A DNA stretch of 64,000 nt from assembly GCA_013239625.1 (NCBI GenBank), contig MU053994.1, positions 3,105,589-3,169,588 of the forward strand, read 5' to 3'. This DNA is from Lama guanicoe (lineage: Eukaryota). Position numbers and translations under genes: made by a program. Numbering within the stretch: the first letter of the stretch is position 1; each line of letters starts with the position of its first letter. Positions 35,741-47,919 of this stretch are shown piece after piece. Under the pieces are notes generated by a model, which did not search any database, was not told where the DNA came from, and saw only the letters and a list, made by a program, of their open reading frames with translations.

Positions 35741-38539
35741 TTAAATGAAAATCTTGCACACATGCAAGATCATGTGAAGTTTATTCCTGGATATTTTATG
35801 TTATTTGTCCCTATGAGAGGTCCCCGGGAGGAGTGTCCCTTCCCAAACAAAATCTCATAAGAAGACTTTTGGCTCTACTATTTTTTCTCTCCTAGAACTT
35901 GGAACATAACACCCAGAGGTGCAGGAGCCCATCTGCAACCACACGGACAAATACTCTACACTGACAAGGGTGGAGTAGAAAATGAGTGAGCCTATATTCT
36001 AGACAATCCGGTGAGTCCAGTGCCCCAGCCAGAGCTGTCTTTCTCTGAACCTCTTTTTACATAAGAAAAATAAACCCCCGTGTATCTCAGTCTCCATCCT
36101 TGGGGCTGCTGTTCTTGCAACTCTTCAGCTGGTTTAATTTTTTTTCTAAACAAAAACTGAGATGTAAAAGAACCTATAAGCTAGTGGGAAAGGGCAGATC
36201 CAAGCATCTGTCATGACATAAATATTTTCACATCTATCTTCCATCATATGAGAGATTATTTGTATGATCCTTTTGCAAATATTATGAGATTTCTTGCTTT
36301 AAAACTTTAGCTGTATATTTTGATTTTTACTGTTAAAAAAGACCACACACACTCCTCTCAGGAAATGGATAGCATCTGGCTGTGGTGACAATGTGTCATA
36401 GTGCCACAATGACAGAGCTGAGCCCATTACATGGCAAGACCAGTAACAACCGATCAAGAGCCAATGGCTGTGATAATGGCCACCACGATTTTTTAAAATA
36501 ATTAATTAATATTTTCATATTCTTTTTCACCATAAGTCACTACAAGATATTGAATATAGTTCCCTGTACTATACAGTAAGAACTTGTTATTTATCTATTT
36601 TATATATACTAGTTGGTATCTGCAAATCTCGAACTCCCAGTCTATCTCTTCCCATCCCCTTTCCCCCATAGCCATCACTCTTGATTTAAATTTCTCTCTC
36701 TGACTCAGACACTGCACTTGCTAGTTCTTGCAAGCACCCTGATGTTAGGAATTATGGTAGTTTTTCAAAGTGTGATAATGGTAGTGCAGTTACTTTTTTG
36801 AGGGAGCTCCTTACCTTTTAGAGATACATATTTGCCAGTGAAATGATGTCTGCAATTTGCTTCAAAATAATTGAAGGGGGCAGTGGGTCAGGGTATAGAT
36901 GAAAGAAGACTGGCCATGAGCTGACCATTGTTGAAGTTGGGTGACAGGTAAGACTTTTACAAAATGTTCCCTTAGGGTAAATTCCCAGGACCGGGCTTAT
37001 GAGTTGGAGAATGGGAACATTTGTGAGTTTTACATCATGTTACGGTATTAATTCCTCTCTATGCTGCTAATAGTGGGGAATGGCCGTGGGTGGTCCCTGA
37101 AGCACATTTGTCTTCTGCTGATGTAAACTATTTGAAAAAGAGGCAAAGGGCATGCTCGTTCCAGCCCCCTGTGTGGGCTGAAGAGGCACTACAGGAGAAC
37201 GTGGATGTTAGTAAACTAAGGACTTTGCAGCCCAAAACATTGCTTGGGGCCAGCCCGGGCCCCCTGACTCCCTACATCACAGGGATAATGACTCCCTTCC
37301 TCAACACCCCAAAACACTAAGTCCAGTTGACTTTGTTGCCCAAGCATTCCTCACATCCACCCACTTCTCCCTAACCCAGCCACCTTGCTGGGGCCACCCA
37401 TCTCTGCCCCTCCCCGCAGCTGCTGCAGCAGCTTCAGAACTGGTCCACCTGGCCTGACTTATCTCACCCTCAAATCCATTCCCTACTCAGAAGTCAGGAT
37501 GATCTTTCTCAAGGGCAAATTGGTTGTATTATTCTCCTGCTTAGATAAACTCTACAGTGCTGGTGTAAAAAAAAAATACAGAAAAGTGCGTATCATATGG
37601 TCATATGATTTAATAAATAGTTATAGCACAAGTACTAATCTAATTATCTCCCAGGGCAAGAATAGAGCTGTGCAAGCATCCCCGAAGCCCATCATATAGT
37701 TGTTCCCAATCTCAACCCCTCTTCCTGGCGGTAACCACCATCCTTTCCTTTGCTTTATGGTTTTGTCACCCAGATATGCCATCTTAAATATTAGTCTTGC
37801 CTGTTTTTGAGCTTTCTTTGCTGTATAATATTTCATTTCATGAATACCACAATGTATTTAGTCCATTCTCTCATTGCTGGACATTTGGATTATTTTCTAG
37901 TATTTTACTATTGAGAACAATTGCAAAGCAAGATTTGGGGTTACAGAATTTAAAAAAAAAAACCCACAAGAGTAGAGAAGGAAGGGTATAATGATCCTCC
38001 ATGGAGCTGCACACAGCTTCAGTGATTGTCAGCATTGCAACACAAGTGTTTTTAACACCACATCAGAATCGCTGGGGGTGCCTTTGTCGAACATACAGGT
38101 TCCAGCTCAATCTCTGGAGGCTGATTTACTGGCATGACATGCGTGGTGGGAATGTGTAATTGGAAAACACTGCCATGTGACTTCGGAGCACACCCCTGGG
38201 TAGGAACCACTGCTTCAGTGGCTCCCCAGTTGCTCTCAGAAAAGCTTAGATTCCTAATGTGGTGATGTGGTGTGGCTCCTGCTTTATCTTTCCCACCTCT
38301 TTTTTCTTTTTTTTTGTCATTTCCCTCCTTCATACTCTGACTCAGGCCACACTGAACCACTCCCCCCAGCCCCTGCCCTGATCCCCCTTCTTTCTCACTT
38401 ACTAGCTTTTGTACATGCTGTTCTCTCTGTCAAAAACACTTTTCCCCTTCCTCTGGTTAATTTACATTCTCCAAATTTCTTTAGTGATTGGATCTATGAG
38501 GGGGCTGAAAAAATAAAACAGAAGCACACTTGGAAAGAT

Positions 38540-41500
38540 TTTTAAAAAATTTACATACAGTAAAATTGACTTTTTGGGGGATGTACAGTTCTGAGTTCTA
38601 ACACGTGTATAGATCTTTGTAACCACCATCACAATCAGGATACGGAACGGTCCCATCACCTCTAAACACTCCCAAGGGATATTATTTTATAAGTCATACC
38701 CTCCCTTCACCCTTAACCCCTGGCAACCCCTGATCTGTTCTCCAATACTATTGTTTTGATTTTCCTAGAATATCATATAAATGGAACCATATAGTATATA
38801 ACCTTTTTAGACTGGCTCCTTTCACTCAGCGTGCCTTAGAGATTCAGTCACATTGTTGCATGCGTTAACAGATCCTTCCTTTTCTTTTATTGCTGAGCAA
38901 ATATTTCATTGTATGGATGTACCACAGTTTAGTTCCTTCTTTTGGTGATTATGAATAGTGCTGCTGTAAACATTCGTGTACAAGTTCTTCTGTGAAAGTA
39001 AGTTTTATATCTCTAGGGGTAAATATCTACAAGTAGGATTGATGGGTCATATGATAAGTATATGTTTAACTTTATGAGACTGCCAAACTGTTTTCCACAG
39101 TGGCTGTACCATTGTCAACTTAACTCCCATCAGCCACGTCTGAGAGTCCCAGTTATTCCACGTCCTCACTAGCACTTGGTGTTGTCTTTTTATGTTTTTT
39201 TATTTTAGCCATTCTAAAACTGTGTTTGCATCTCACAATGATTTTGTTTTGCTTTCTTCTAATTGCTAATGATGTTAAACATCGATTCATGTGCCTGTTT
39301 ACCATCTATATGTCTTCTTTGGTGGAGTGTCTGTTCAAATCTTTTGCCCATTTCAAAAACTGGTTTGTTTCCTTATTGTTGAGTATTGAGAGTTACTAAT
39401 TTATTCTGGATAGAAGTCCTTTGCTGAACGTATAATTTACAGATATTTTCTCCGCAGTCTGTAACTTATTTTTCATTCTCTAAACTGGACCTTTAAAAAA
39501 TTTTAATAACACTTTTTTTATTGTGGTAAAATACACATAAACATAAAATTTTTCATCTTAATTGTTTTTAGGTGGGTTCAGTGGCATTTAAGTACATTTA
39601 TGTTGTGCAACCATCGCCACCATACATCTCCTTTCCCTTCCAACCACCATTTTACTTTCTGTCTCTATGAATTTCGCTATTCTAGGGACCTTTTATACGT
39701 GGAGTCATACTGTATTTGGCTTTTTGTGGCTGGTTTATTTATAATCACCACTACTCTCTTTGGTTACTGTTTTCATGGAATATCTTTCTCCATCCTTCCA
39801 CTTTCAATCTATTTGTGTGCCTGGATCTAAAGTGAGTCTCTTGTAGATAGCATAGAGTTGGATCATTTTTGAAAATCTATCCTGCAAATCCCTGTCTTTT
39901 TATTGTAGAGTTTAATCCATATACACTTATTTAAATCATTTACATATAGTATAATTACTGATACATTTAGATTTAGAACTACCATGTTGTTATTTGCTTT
40001 CTGTTTGTCCCCTATACCTTTTTGTTCCTCTGCTTCTCCTTTTCTGCCTTCTTTTGGATTGTTTGAATACTGTAAAATATTTCTGTTTAATTTATTGATT
40101 GTTTTTTAATTATATTTCATTGTATAGTTTTTTAAATGGTTGCTCTAGGGATTATTACACATGTACATAAATTTTCACAGTCTACTTGGAACTAAAATGT
40201 TACCACTTCAAAGGGAATGTAGAAACCTTACCATCATATGAGACCATTTACCCTCTTTCTTATGTTGTAGTTATCATTGTGTGTCACATCTATGTACATG
40301 AAAACCTCCCCAGGAAGTGTTAGAATTTTTGCATTCAACAGTCATATGTATTTTAAAGAAGGCTTAAGAAGAGAAAAAAAGACTCTCATATTTACTCAGA
40401 GATACTTACCATTTCTTTGTCCTTTCCTTCATTTCTAAAGTTTTGTATTTCCCTCTGGTATCATTTCTCATCTGTCTGAAGACCTTCCTTTTAGAGCAGG
40501 CCTGGCAGTGGTATATTCTCTAGCTTTCCCGCATCTAAGAATGTCTTTATTTTGCCTACATTCCTGAAGGATGTTTTCATTGGATATAGAATTCTGGTTG
40601 ACAGTTTTTCTCTTTCAGCACTTAAAGAATGTTATTTTTAAACCTTCTGGCCTTTCGGTTTCTGATGAGAGATCTTCAGTCATTTGAATCATTCTTCCCC
40701 TGTATGCAATGCATTGTTTTTCTTTGCTTTAAATATTTTTTTTCTTTGTCTTTGCTTTTCAGATGTTTGATTATGAAGTGGATTTCTTTGAGTTTATAAC
40801 GTTGTGGTTTTTCCAAACTTTCTGAATCTTCCTGCTCATGTCTTCCTTCAAATTGGGAAAGTCTCAGATATTATTTCTTCAAATATATTTTCTGTATCAT
40901 GCGCCTCCTTTCCTCCTAAGACTCCAATGACATGAATCTTAGATCTTTGGTCTAATTTTGAGGTTTGTTTACTTTTAAAAGCATCTTTTTCCCTCTGCTG
41001 TTCAGATCAGATCATTTCTGTTCATTTGTCTTTAAGTTCACTGACTCTTTTCTGTTATCTCCATTTTTATTGGGCTCATCCAGCAACCTTTTATTTCTTA
41101 TTTCAGTTATTCTAATTTTTAGTTCTAAAATTTCTCCCACTTGGTTTATTTTTATAGCTTCTATTTCTCTGCTGACACTTTCTATCATTCCCAGAATGTT
41201 TGCCTATATTCCTTGGAGTGTGGTTATAACACCTGCTTTAAAGTGTTTTCTGATACTTCCAACATCTGGGTTGGCATCTATGGACTGTCTTTTCCCTTAT
41301 GAATTATTGAGCTTTTCTTGGCTTTTGATATGCCAAGACATTTTGTATTACATCCTAGACATTTGGATATTATGTTATCAGACTCTGAGTCTTGCTTGGA
41401 CCTTATGGAAAATGATTGTTTGTTTGTTTGATTGTTTTAGCAGATAATCAGTTCAGGTGGGTTTAGGCCCCAAGTTCTGACCTATCTTCCATAGACTGTG

Positions 41501-42390
41501 GTTCCAACGTTAGTTTGGTTTTCAGACACCTTGCTATTCAGATCTGTTCCTTATGTGCCACCCACAGGCCAGTGTGGATGCCAGGCAGCCCCACAGTTCA
41601 ATTGTCAAAACCTTTGGTATACTCCTTAGAGCCATACATTTGGAGCTTGGGGGGTGAGTCCAGGACTTCATGCACAACTTTCTGCGATCCTTTTCTCAAG
41701 TTCCCTTCTCTTTGCAATTGCTTCATATCCCTTGGCTCCAAGAGAGTCCCAATCCTGTCTGGTGGTTAGAAAGCCTGGACCTAGGCTCCCTGCTCTGCCA
41801 AATAACTCCCGTGACTGGGTCTGCTTTCAAAGTCAAGCTGCAGAAGGATATATAGAAGAACAAAAAAAGCAACAGTGATTTCCCCCAGGCTCTTTGTACC
41901 ACGGTTCCTCTGGTCAGAGGAAAGAATTCCTCTGGTTAGAGAGAAATGTGAGGTACCTGCTCAGCCACTGCTGCCATTGCTGCTGCCACAGGACGGTAGC
42001 TTTGGAAGTGGTGCTTGTTTGAAGCTTGAGCTTGGAGGAAGACTGTTTCCACCTTCTCTGTCCTATAGGGCTCCCCGTCCCATTCCAGGGACCAGAAAGA
42101 GAATGCTTACATGAAGAGTTTTCGTTCCACATCTGGTGCACAATTCTGAGATTTGTACTGCCTTAATCCAGGCCCGGAGATATGAGAGATAAAAAGAAAA
42201 AAGCCCAGGAATCTTACCACTGGGTTGGTCATACTTTGAGTGCTGGTCTACCTTCCCATCTGCCTGCCACCATTTTCTTTTCAGAGTCCTCAGACAAGCT
42301 GCTCCATGCACTCTGCCCAGGAATTTTTGTTGCATTTAGTGAGAGAAACAGAATAGAAAGTAAGTACTCCATCTTAAGCAGAATCAGAAA
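38540..42390 (-). mobile_element. Composite of degenerate L1 fragments (3'UTR, ORF2 end, ORF1/5' region)
   Basis: Continuous T-rich antisense L1-like sequence with no intact ORF. Confidence 0.7.
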
Positions 42391-42544
42391 CGAAATTTTT
42401 ATTCTGAATTCAGATTTGCAAAAATTTTGCAATAAGAGTACAGAGGCTTCACTCAGCTTCCCCTTCTTTTAACATCTTAAGGAACCATAGTACAATGATC
42501 AAAACCAGGAATTTAATCTTGGCATAATGTTATTTATTAAACTA

Positions 42545-44690
42545 TGGACCTTAATAACAAAACATCAAACAACCTGGCTAAAAAATGGGCAGGGAAGTTG
42601 AATAGACATTTTTCCAAGGAAGACATACAGATGGCCAACAGGCCTATGAAAAGATGTTCAACATCACTAATCATTAGGGAAATGCAAATCAAAACTACTG
42701 TATGGTTTCACATGTATGTGGAATCTAAAAACAAAACAAATGAACATAACAAAATAGAAACACAGTTACAGATACAGAGAACAAACAGGTGGTTGCCAAA
42801 GGGGAGGGGGTTGGGAGAAGGAAAGAATTAGGTGAGGGAGATTAAGAGGTACAAACTTCCAGTTACAAAAGAAATGAGTCACGGGTATGAAATGTGCAGT
42901 GTAGGGAATAGGGTCAATAAGTATGTAATTCTTTTGTATGGTGACATATTGTAACTAGACTTATCCTGGTGATCATTATTTTGAAATGTATAGAAATATG
43001 AAATCACTATGTTGTGTAACAGAAACTAACATAGTGCCGTAGGTCGATTATACTTCAAAAACAAACAAACTCAGAGAAAAAGAGAGCAGGTTTGTGGTTC
43101 CCAGAGGCTGGGGGTGGGAGAAGGGGGAATCGGATGAAGGCAGTCAAAAGGTACAAACTTCCAGTTATAAGTAACTACAAGGGATGGAATGTACAGCATG
43201 ATTGAAATAATTAACACTGCTGCATGCTATATATGAAAGTTGTTAAGAGGGTAAATCCTGAGTCTCATTACAAGGAAAAAAAATTTTTTCTATCTCTTTA
43301 ATTTTTTATCTATATGATGCGAGGATGTGGAGAAAAGGGAACCCTCATACACTGTTGGTGCAAATGTAAATTGGTGTAGCCACTATGGAAAACAGTATGG
43401 AGATTTCTCAAAAACTTAAGACAAGAACTACCATATGATCCAGCAATTCCATTCCTGGTATGTCAGGGCTGGATATCTCTGCCGGGCCAAGGGTGATCAA
43501 GCCTTTCCCGGGCTCCGAGCATCTCCAGCCTGACAAATCTGGGGATCCTAAAAAAACCTGTCAGGTACCTTGTTTCCTGAGGACCACCGTGCGCATGGAT
43601 TCTCTGGACGTTGCGTCCCCTGTTGCTTGTGTGCAGAGTGAAGGAAGAGCCGAGATCCAAGAGTTCAGGTGCAGCCAGACAGGCTCAGGATGGGAGGGGA
43701 CCCGGGCAAGCACTTCTACCAGCTGCTTTGAGGCTAGGAGTGTATTGGACCCAGATCACCCCCCGACCCCAGCAACGCTGGCATTTTATTGAATTATCAA
43801 CCAATCAAACAAAAAGGGCTAGGGTGGGAGGTCACAGGGATGGGAGGAGAGGAGTGATGGTTAGTTTCAATTGGTGACCTTTAAAGCATTAGGGGACATT
43901 TAGTGCCTAGAAGGTGTGGGGTGACTGTCCATTTGCTCACCTACCTAGCCTGTAGTTACTGTGGCTATTGTGGTCAGCCAGGTGTTGCTTTTTGCAAGCA
44001 AGCCGCTGCTATTTTTGCTGGCCTGTTCCTACAGCGAAGCCGTACTTTTGGTTTGCCTTGCAATTCTAGTTTCATTTCAGAGCTAACTCGCCTGTTTAAG
44101 CCTTACGTTGGTATATATCCAAAGAACCTCAAAAAACTAATTCGAAAAGATATCCGCACCCCATGTTCATTGCAGCATTAGTCACAATAGCCAAGATATG
44201 GAAACAACCTAAGTGCCCACCAATGGATAAACAGATAAAGATGTGGTTTATATATACAATGGAATACTATTCAGCCATATTAAAGATGGACTTGACATTG
44301 TGTCAACATGGATAGATATTGAGGGTATTATGCTAAGCGAAATAATTAAGATGGAGAAAGACAGATACCATGTGATTTCACTTATATGTAGAGTCTAGAA
44401 AACAAACAAACAAAGAAAAAAAGAAATGAACAAACCAAACCAAACCAAAACAAACATGCAGATACAGAGAACAGAGTAGTGATTACTAGAGGGGAAGGGG
44501 CAGGGTGGGGGGAGGGCGAAATAGGTTTAGGGGATCAACCATATGGTGACGGATAGAAACTAAAGTTTTGGTAGTGAGCAGACTGCAGTGTATACAGAAG
44601 TAGAAATGTCATGTTGCACACAAGAAACTTATATAATGTTAGAAACCAATGTTACCTCAATAAACATAAATTAAAATCAACAACAAAACA
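42545..44690 (+). mobile_element. L1 3' fragments (ORF2 C-terminus and 3'UTR), interrupted by a solo LTR
   Basis: ORF 42544..42831 [40 protein letters not shown] is L1 ORF2-like. Confidence 0.85.
43461..44107 (-). mobile_element. Solo ERV LTR (~647 bp) inserted in L1
   Basis: Splits the L1 sequence attcctggta|tatatccaaag; flanked by ctggta/ttggta; starts with TG; minus-strand AATAAA at ~43785..43790. Confidence 0.7.
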
Positions 44691-45505
44691 AAAACCAATG
44701 GATCCAATTCAAATTTCCCCATTTTTTAAAAACAAATATTCTTTTTCTGTTTCGGGATCCAATCCAGGATTCCTCATTGCATTGAGTCATTATGTCTTAG
44801 TCTCCTCCTATCTCTGGCGGTTCTTCTGTGTTCTCTTACCTTCCTTTGATACTCCTGAAGTGTACTGGTTATGTATTTTGTGGAGTGTCTCTCCATTTGG
44901 ATTTGTCTGATGTTTTCTCACAATTAGATTGAGGTTATGCATTTTTAGCAAGAATCCCACACAAGTCATGTTGTGTTCCTCTCATTGTATCTGGGGTTCC
45001 AGGATGCCAATATGTCTTATTACTGGTGATGTTAACCCTGATCATTGGTTAAGGTGGTTCTGCTGTGTTTCTCCACTGCAAAATTACTATTTCCTTCTTT
45101 GTTATTAGCAAATACCTTGGAGAAGATACTTTGAGACTATGAGTATATCCTGTTTCTCCTCAAACTTTTGCTCACTGATTTTAGCATCCGTCAGCACATC
45201 TTGCCTATGACCGTTATTACAGTGTTCTTTGTATTTCCTTCATTCCTTTTACATTTATTAGTTGCAATTCTCCTGCAAGGAAGAGCTGTCCCTTCTCCCT
45301 CATTTATTTATTTATTCAGTTATTTATTACTATCAATCAGTGTGGACTCCTGGATGTTTATTTTATTCTATGGAATATAATTCAAAACTGTTGTTATTTT
45401 GTTGTTCAAATTGTTCTAACTTTGACCATTAAGAGCTCTTACAGGTGGGCTCCAGTGCCCTTTCAACATGCTCCCATCCTTTTGCGAGTACTTGCTTATT
45501 TTCCT

Positions 45506-45944
45506 TATGCAGAATTTGAGGGGTGGATTTTTTATTGAAGGGACCATTTACAAAGGTTTTGGCAGGATGAAGGGAATTAACAGGGAACCTGAGGCACTCA
45601 AGAACTAGCAGTAGCAGGAAGCCATTAACACCCGTAGGTCTGAAGGGATAGGTGGAGGAAATGAAGTTACTCGAGCATGGCAAGAGCTGAAGTCATGAAA
45701 AGGGGCCACTTGACAGGAGCTGTGGCCTTGGAAGTTTCCAGCACTGCCAGAACCACAGTGGGGCAGAAAGCAAGAGGAATGAAGACTCTAATTTTTTTTT
45801 TCTTCCCACCTGATGGGCTGGACCCACCTGGAAGCCAGAGAGACAAGGGAGCATGGTTGCCAAAGTCTGTTAAAGGTCAACTTCCAAGGGCACAGAAAGA
45901 CAGAGAATGGCTTTGCGGGGGGCAAATGGAGAATAACCATCACA
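45506..45944 (-). mobile_element. LTR33-like (ERVL) LTR
   Basis: Terminal ggggcaaatggagaataaccatcaca resembles the recalled LTR33 5' end. Confidence 0.55.
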
Positions 45945-46593
45945 AGAAATCACTTCCTCCAAGAGTCCTTTCCTGATCCCCAAGCCTGGCCAGGTGCCCA
46001 CAGCCTGCTTGTCAGAGTCCTGTCATGTCATATTGCTTGTTCACGTATCAGTCTCTCTGCTTAGACAGTCAGCTCCATGAGAAGTGAGCCTGCATCTCAT
46101 CCATCCTATGACCCCTCTCAGGGATGGCCCATGGTAGGCTCTCAGTACACGTTGTGGGAGAAGATGAAATCAGGGTGATGCAGGCCAGAGCAGGAATAGT
46201 CACAGGGGCTGTCACTCCCCCAGGATTCTATTCCTGAATCTGGTCACACTTCAGCCCTTCAGAGGCTGAACACACACACCACGCAGCCTTCATGCCTCTG
46301 TGCCTTTTACACGCTGTTCCCTCTCCTCAGAATTCCAACTCTGACAGGTGGTAGGTGAAATTAGATGGGCAAGATGTTGATGATGGTTAAAACTGGGTGA
46401 TGAGAGTATGGGAGCTCATTGCACCAGTCTCCAGTTTTTGTATGCCTGAGAATTCCCATGAAAATAGATTTTAAAAGCAGTATTTATGGAGCACACATGG
46501 CATGCCAGAGCCTTTGCTGACAGATGCCCCCTTCCACCTGTTTCCTCCACGACTCTGACCCAGCATTGAAATGGACAGGGTTTTCCTGCTCCT

Positions 46594-46958
46594 TGCTATG
46601 GACTAAACTGTGTCTCCCCCCAACCAGATTCATATGCTGAAGCCCTAACACCCCAGCATGATGGCATGTGGAGATGGGGCTTTTGAAAGGTAATTAGGTT
46701 AGATGAGGTCATGAGGGTGGGGCCCTAATGACAGGATTAGTGTCCTTAAAAGAAGAGACACCAGAGAGCTCGTGCTCTCTCTCTCTACCATGTGAGGACA
46801 CCACCAGAAGGCTGCAAGCCAGGAAGGAGACCCCTCCACCAGAACCTGCCCATGCTGGCACCCTGATCTCAGACTTGCAGCCCCTAGAGCTATGCAAAAT
46901 GTTTGTTAAGTCACCCAGTTTATAGTATTTTGTAATGACACCCCAAACAGACTAATAC
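46594..46958 (+). mobile_element. MLT1A-like MaLR LTR
   Basis: tgctatggactaaactgtgtc...gaggtcatgagggtggggccc...cagactaataca. Confidence 0.8.
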
Positions 46959-47750
46959 ACCCCTTGAGATGACAACTGCCCCATGCCTTGCCCCAGTTCT
47001 AGGGGTTTGGTCCATCACCCTTGGCTTCAGAGGTGCTGAAAGGTCAGGGGTTCTGGGAACCATGGTGAAGGCTCCAGATTCATGGGTCTTGGTGGTGAAT
47101 TGCCCAACTCATAGAACTGGGCCGGATAGAAAAAGTTCTCATTCTTGTTGAACAAGCTCCACTGGTGTCTGACTGCAGCAGTAGGGATGCAGGCTAGATG
47201 AGGAAGTCCACGCCACTGGCAAAAGTACTGAGCTCTGGAATGGTGCTGGGGTGGGATGTGACCGTTTCCTATGGGAAATCGGCTTAAGGGCTCATTTAGA
47301 GTTTTATATGTTTAATTATTTTGGTGATGAGAATTCTGTGGGGTTGTCCTTTAGTAATCAACTGTAAGTAGCCACACTGAACGCACATTCCCTGACCTAC
47401 CAGTTCCACTCCTAGGTATATGCAAATATATGCAAATATATGTCTACCTGAAGACAAAAATGTTCGCAGAGGCACTCTTTGGAACAGCCTCAAACTGGAA
47501 ACTACACAAATGCCTGCCAACAACATGGGACGGAGAAAGGGCTAGTGTCTTCACACAACTGAATACTGTACAGCAATGAGAATGGACAAGCTATTGGTAT
47601 GAATCAAATGACTCTCACGTTGACTGAAAAAGCAAAACATTATAAGGGTCTGTACTGTACGATTCCATTTATATGAAGTTCAAAAACAGGCAAAACTAGT
47701 CCATGATATTAGAAGTCACAATAGTGGTTATACTTCACTAAAAGTTTTTT

Positions 47751-47762
47751 GTTTGTTTTTGG

Positions 47763-47795
<33 letters not shown>

Positions 47796-47919
47796 GGGGG
47801 GTAATTAGGCTTATTTACTTATTTATTTATTTATTTTTAGAGGAGGTACTGGGGATTGAACCCAGGACCTTGTGTACACCAAGCATGCGCTCTACCACTT
47901 GAGCTATATACCCTCTCTC
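47751..47919 (-). mobile_element. Vic-1-like SINE with (TG)n in its tail
   Basis: SINE core; 15-bp TSD CACTAAAAGTTTTTT at 47736..47750 and 47920..47934. Confidence 0.9.

Noticed and set aside
40965..41447. 160-aa hydrophobic ORF resembling a membrane protein
   Set aside because: It is the T-rich antisense strand of a decayed L1.
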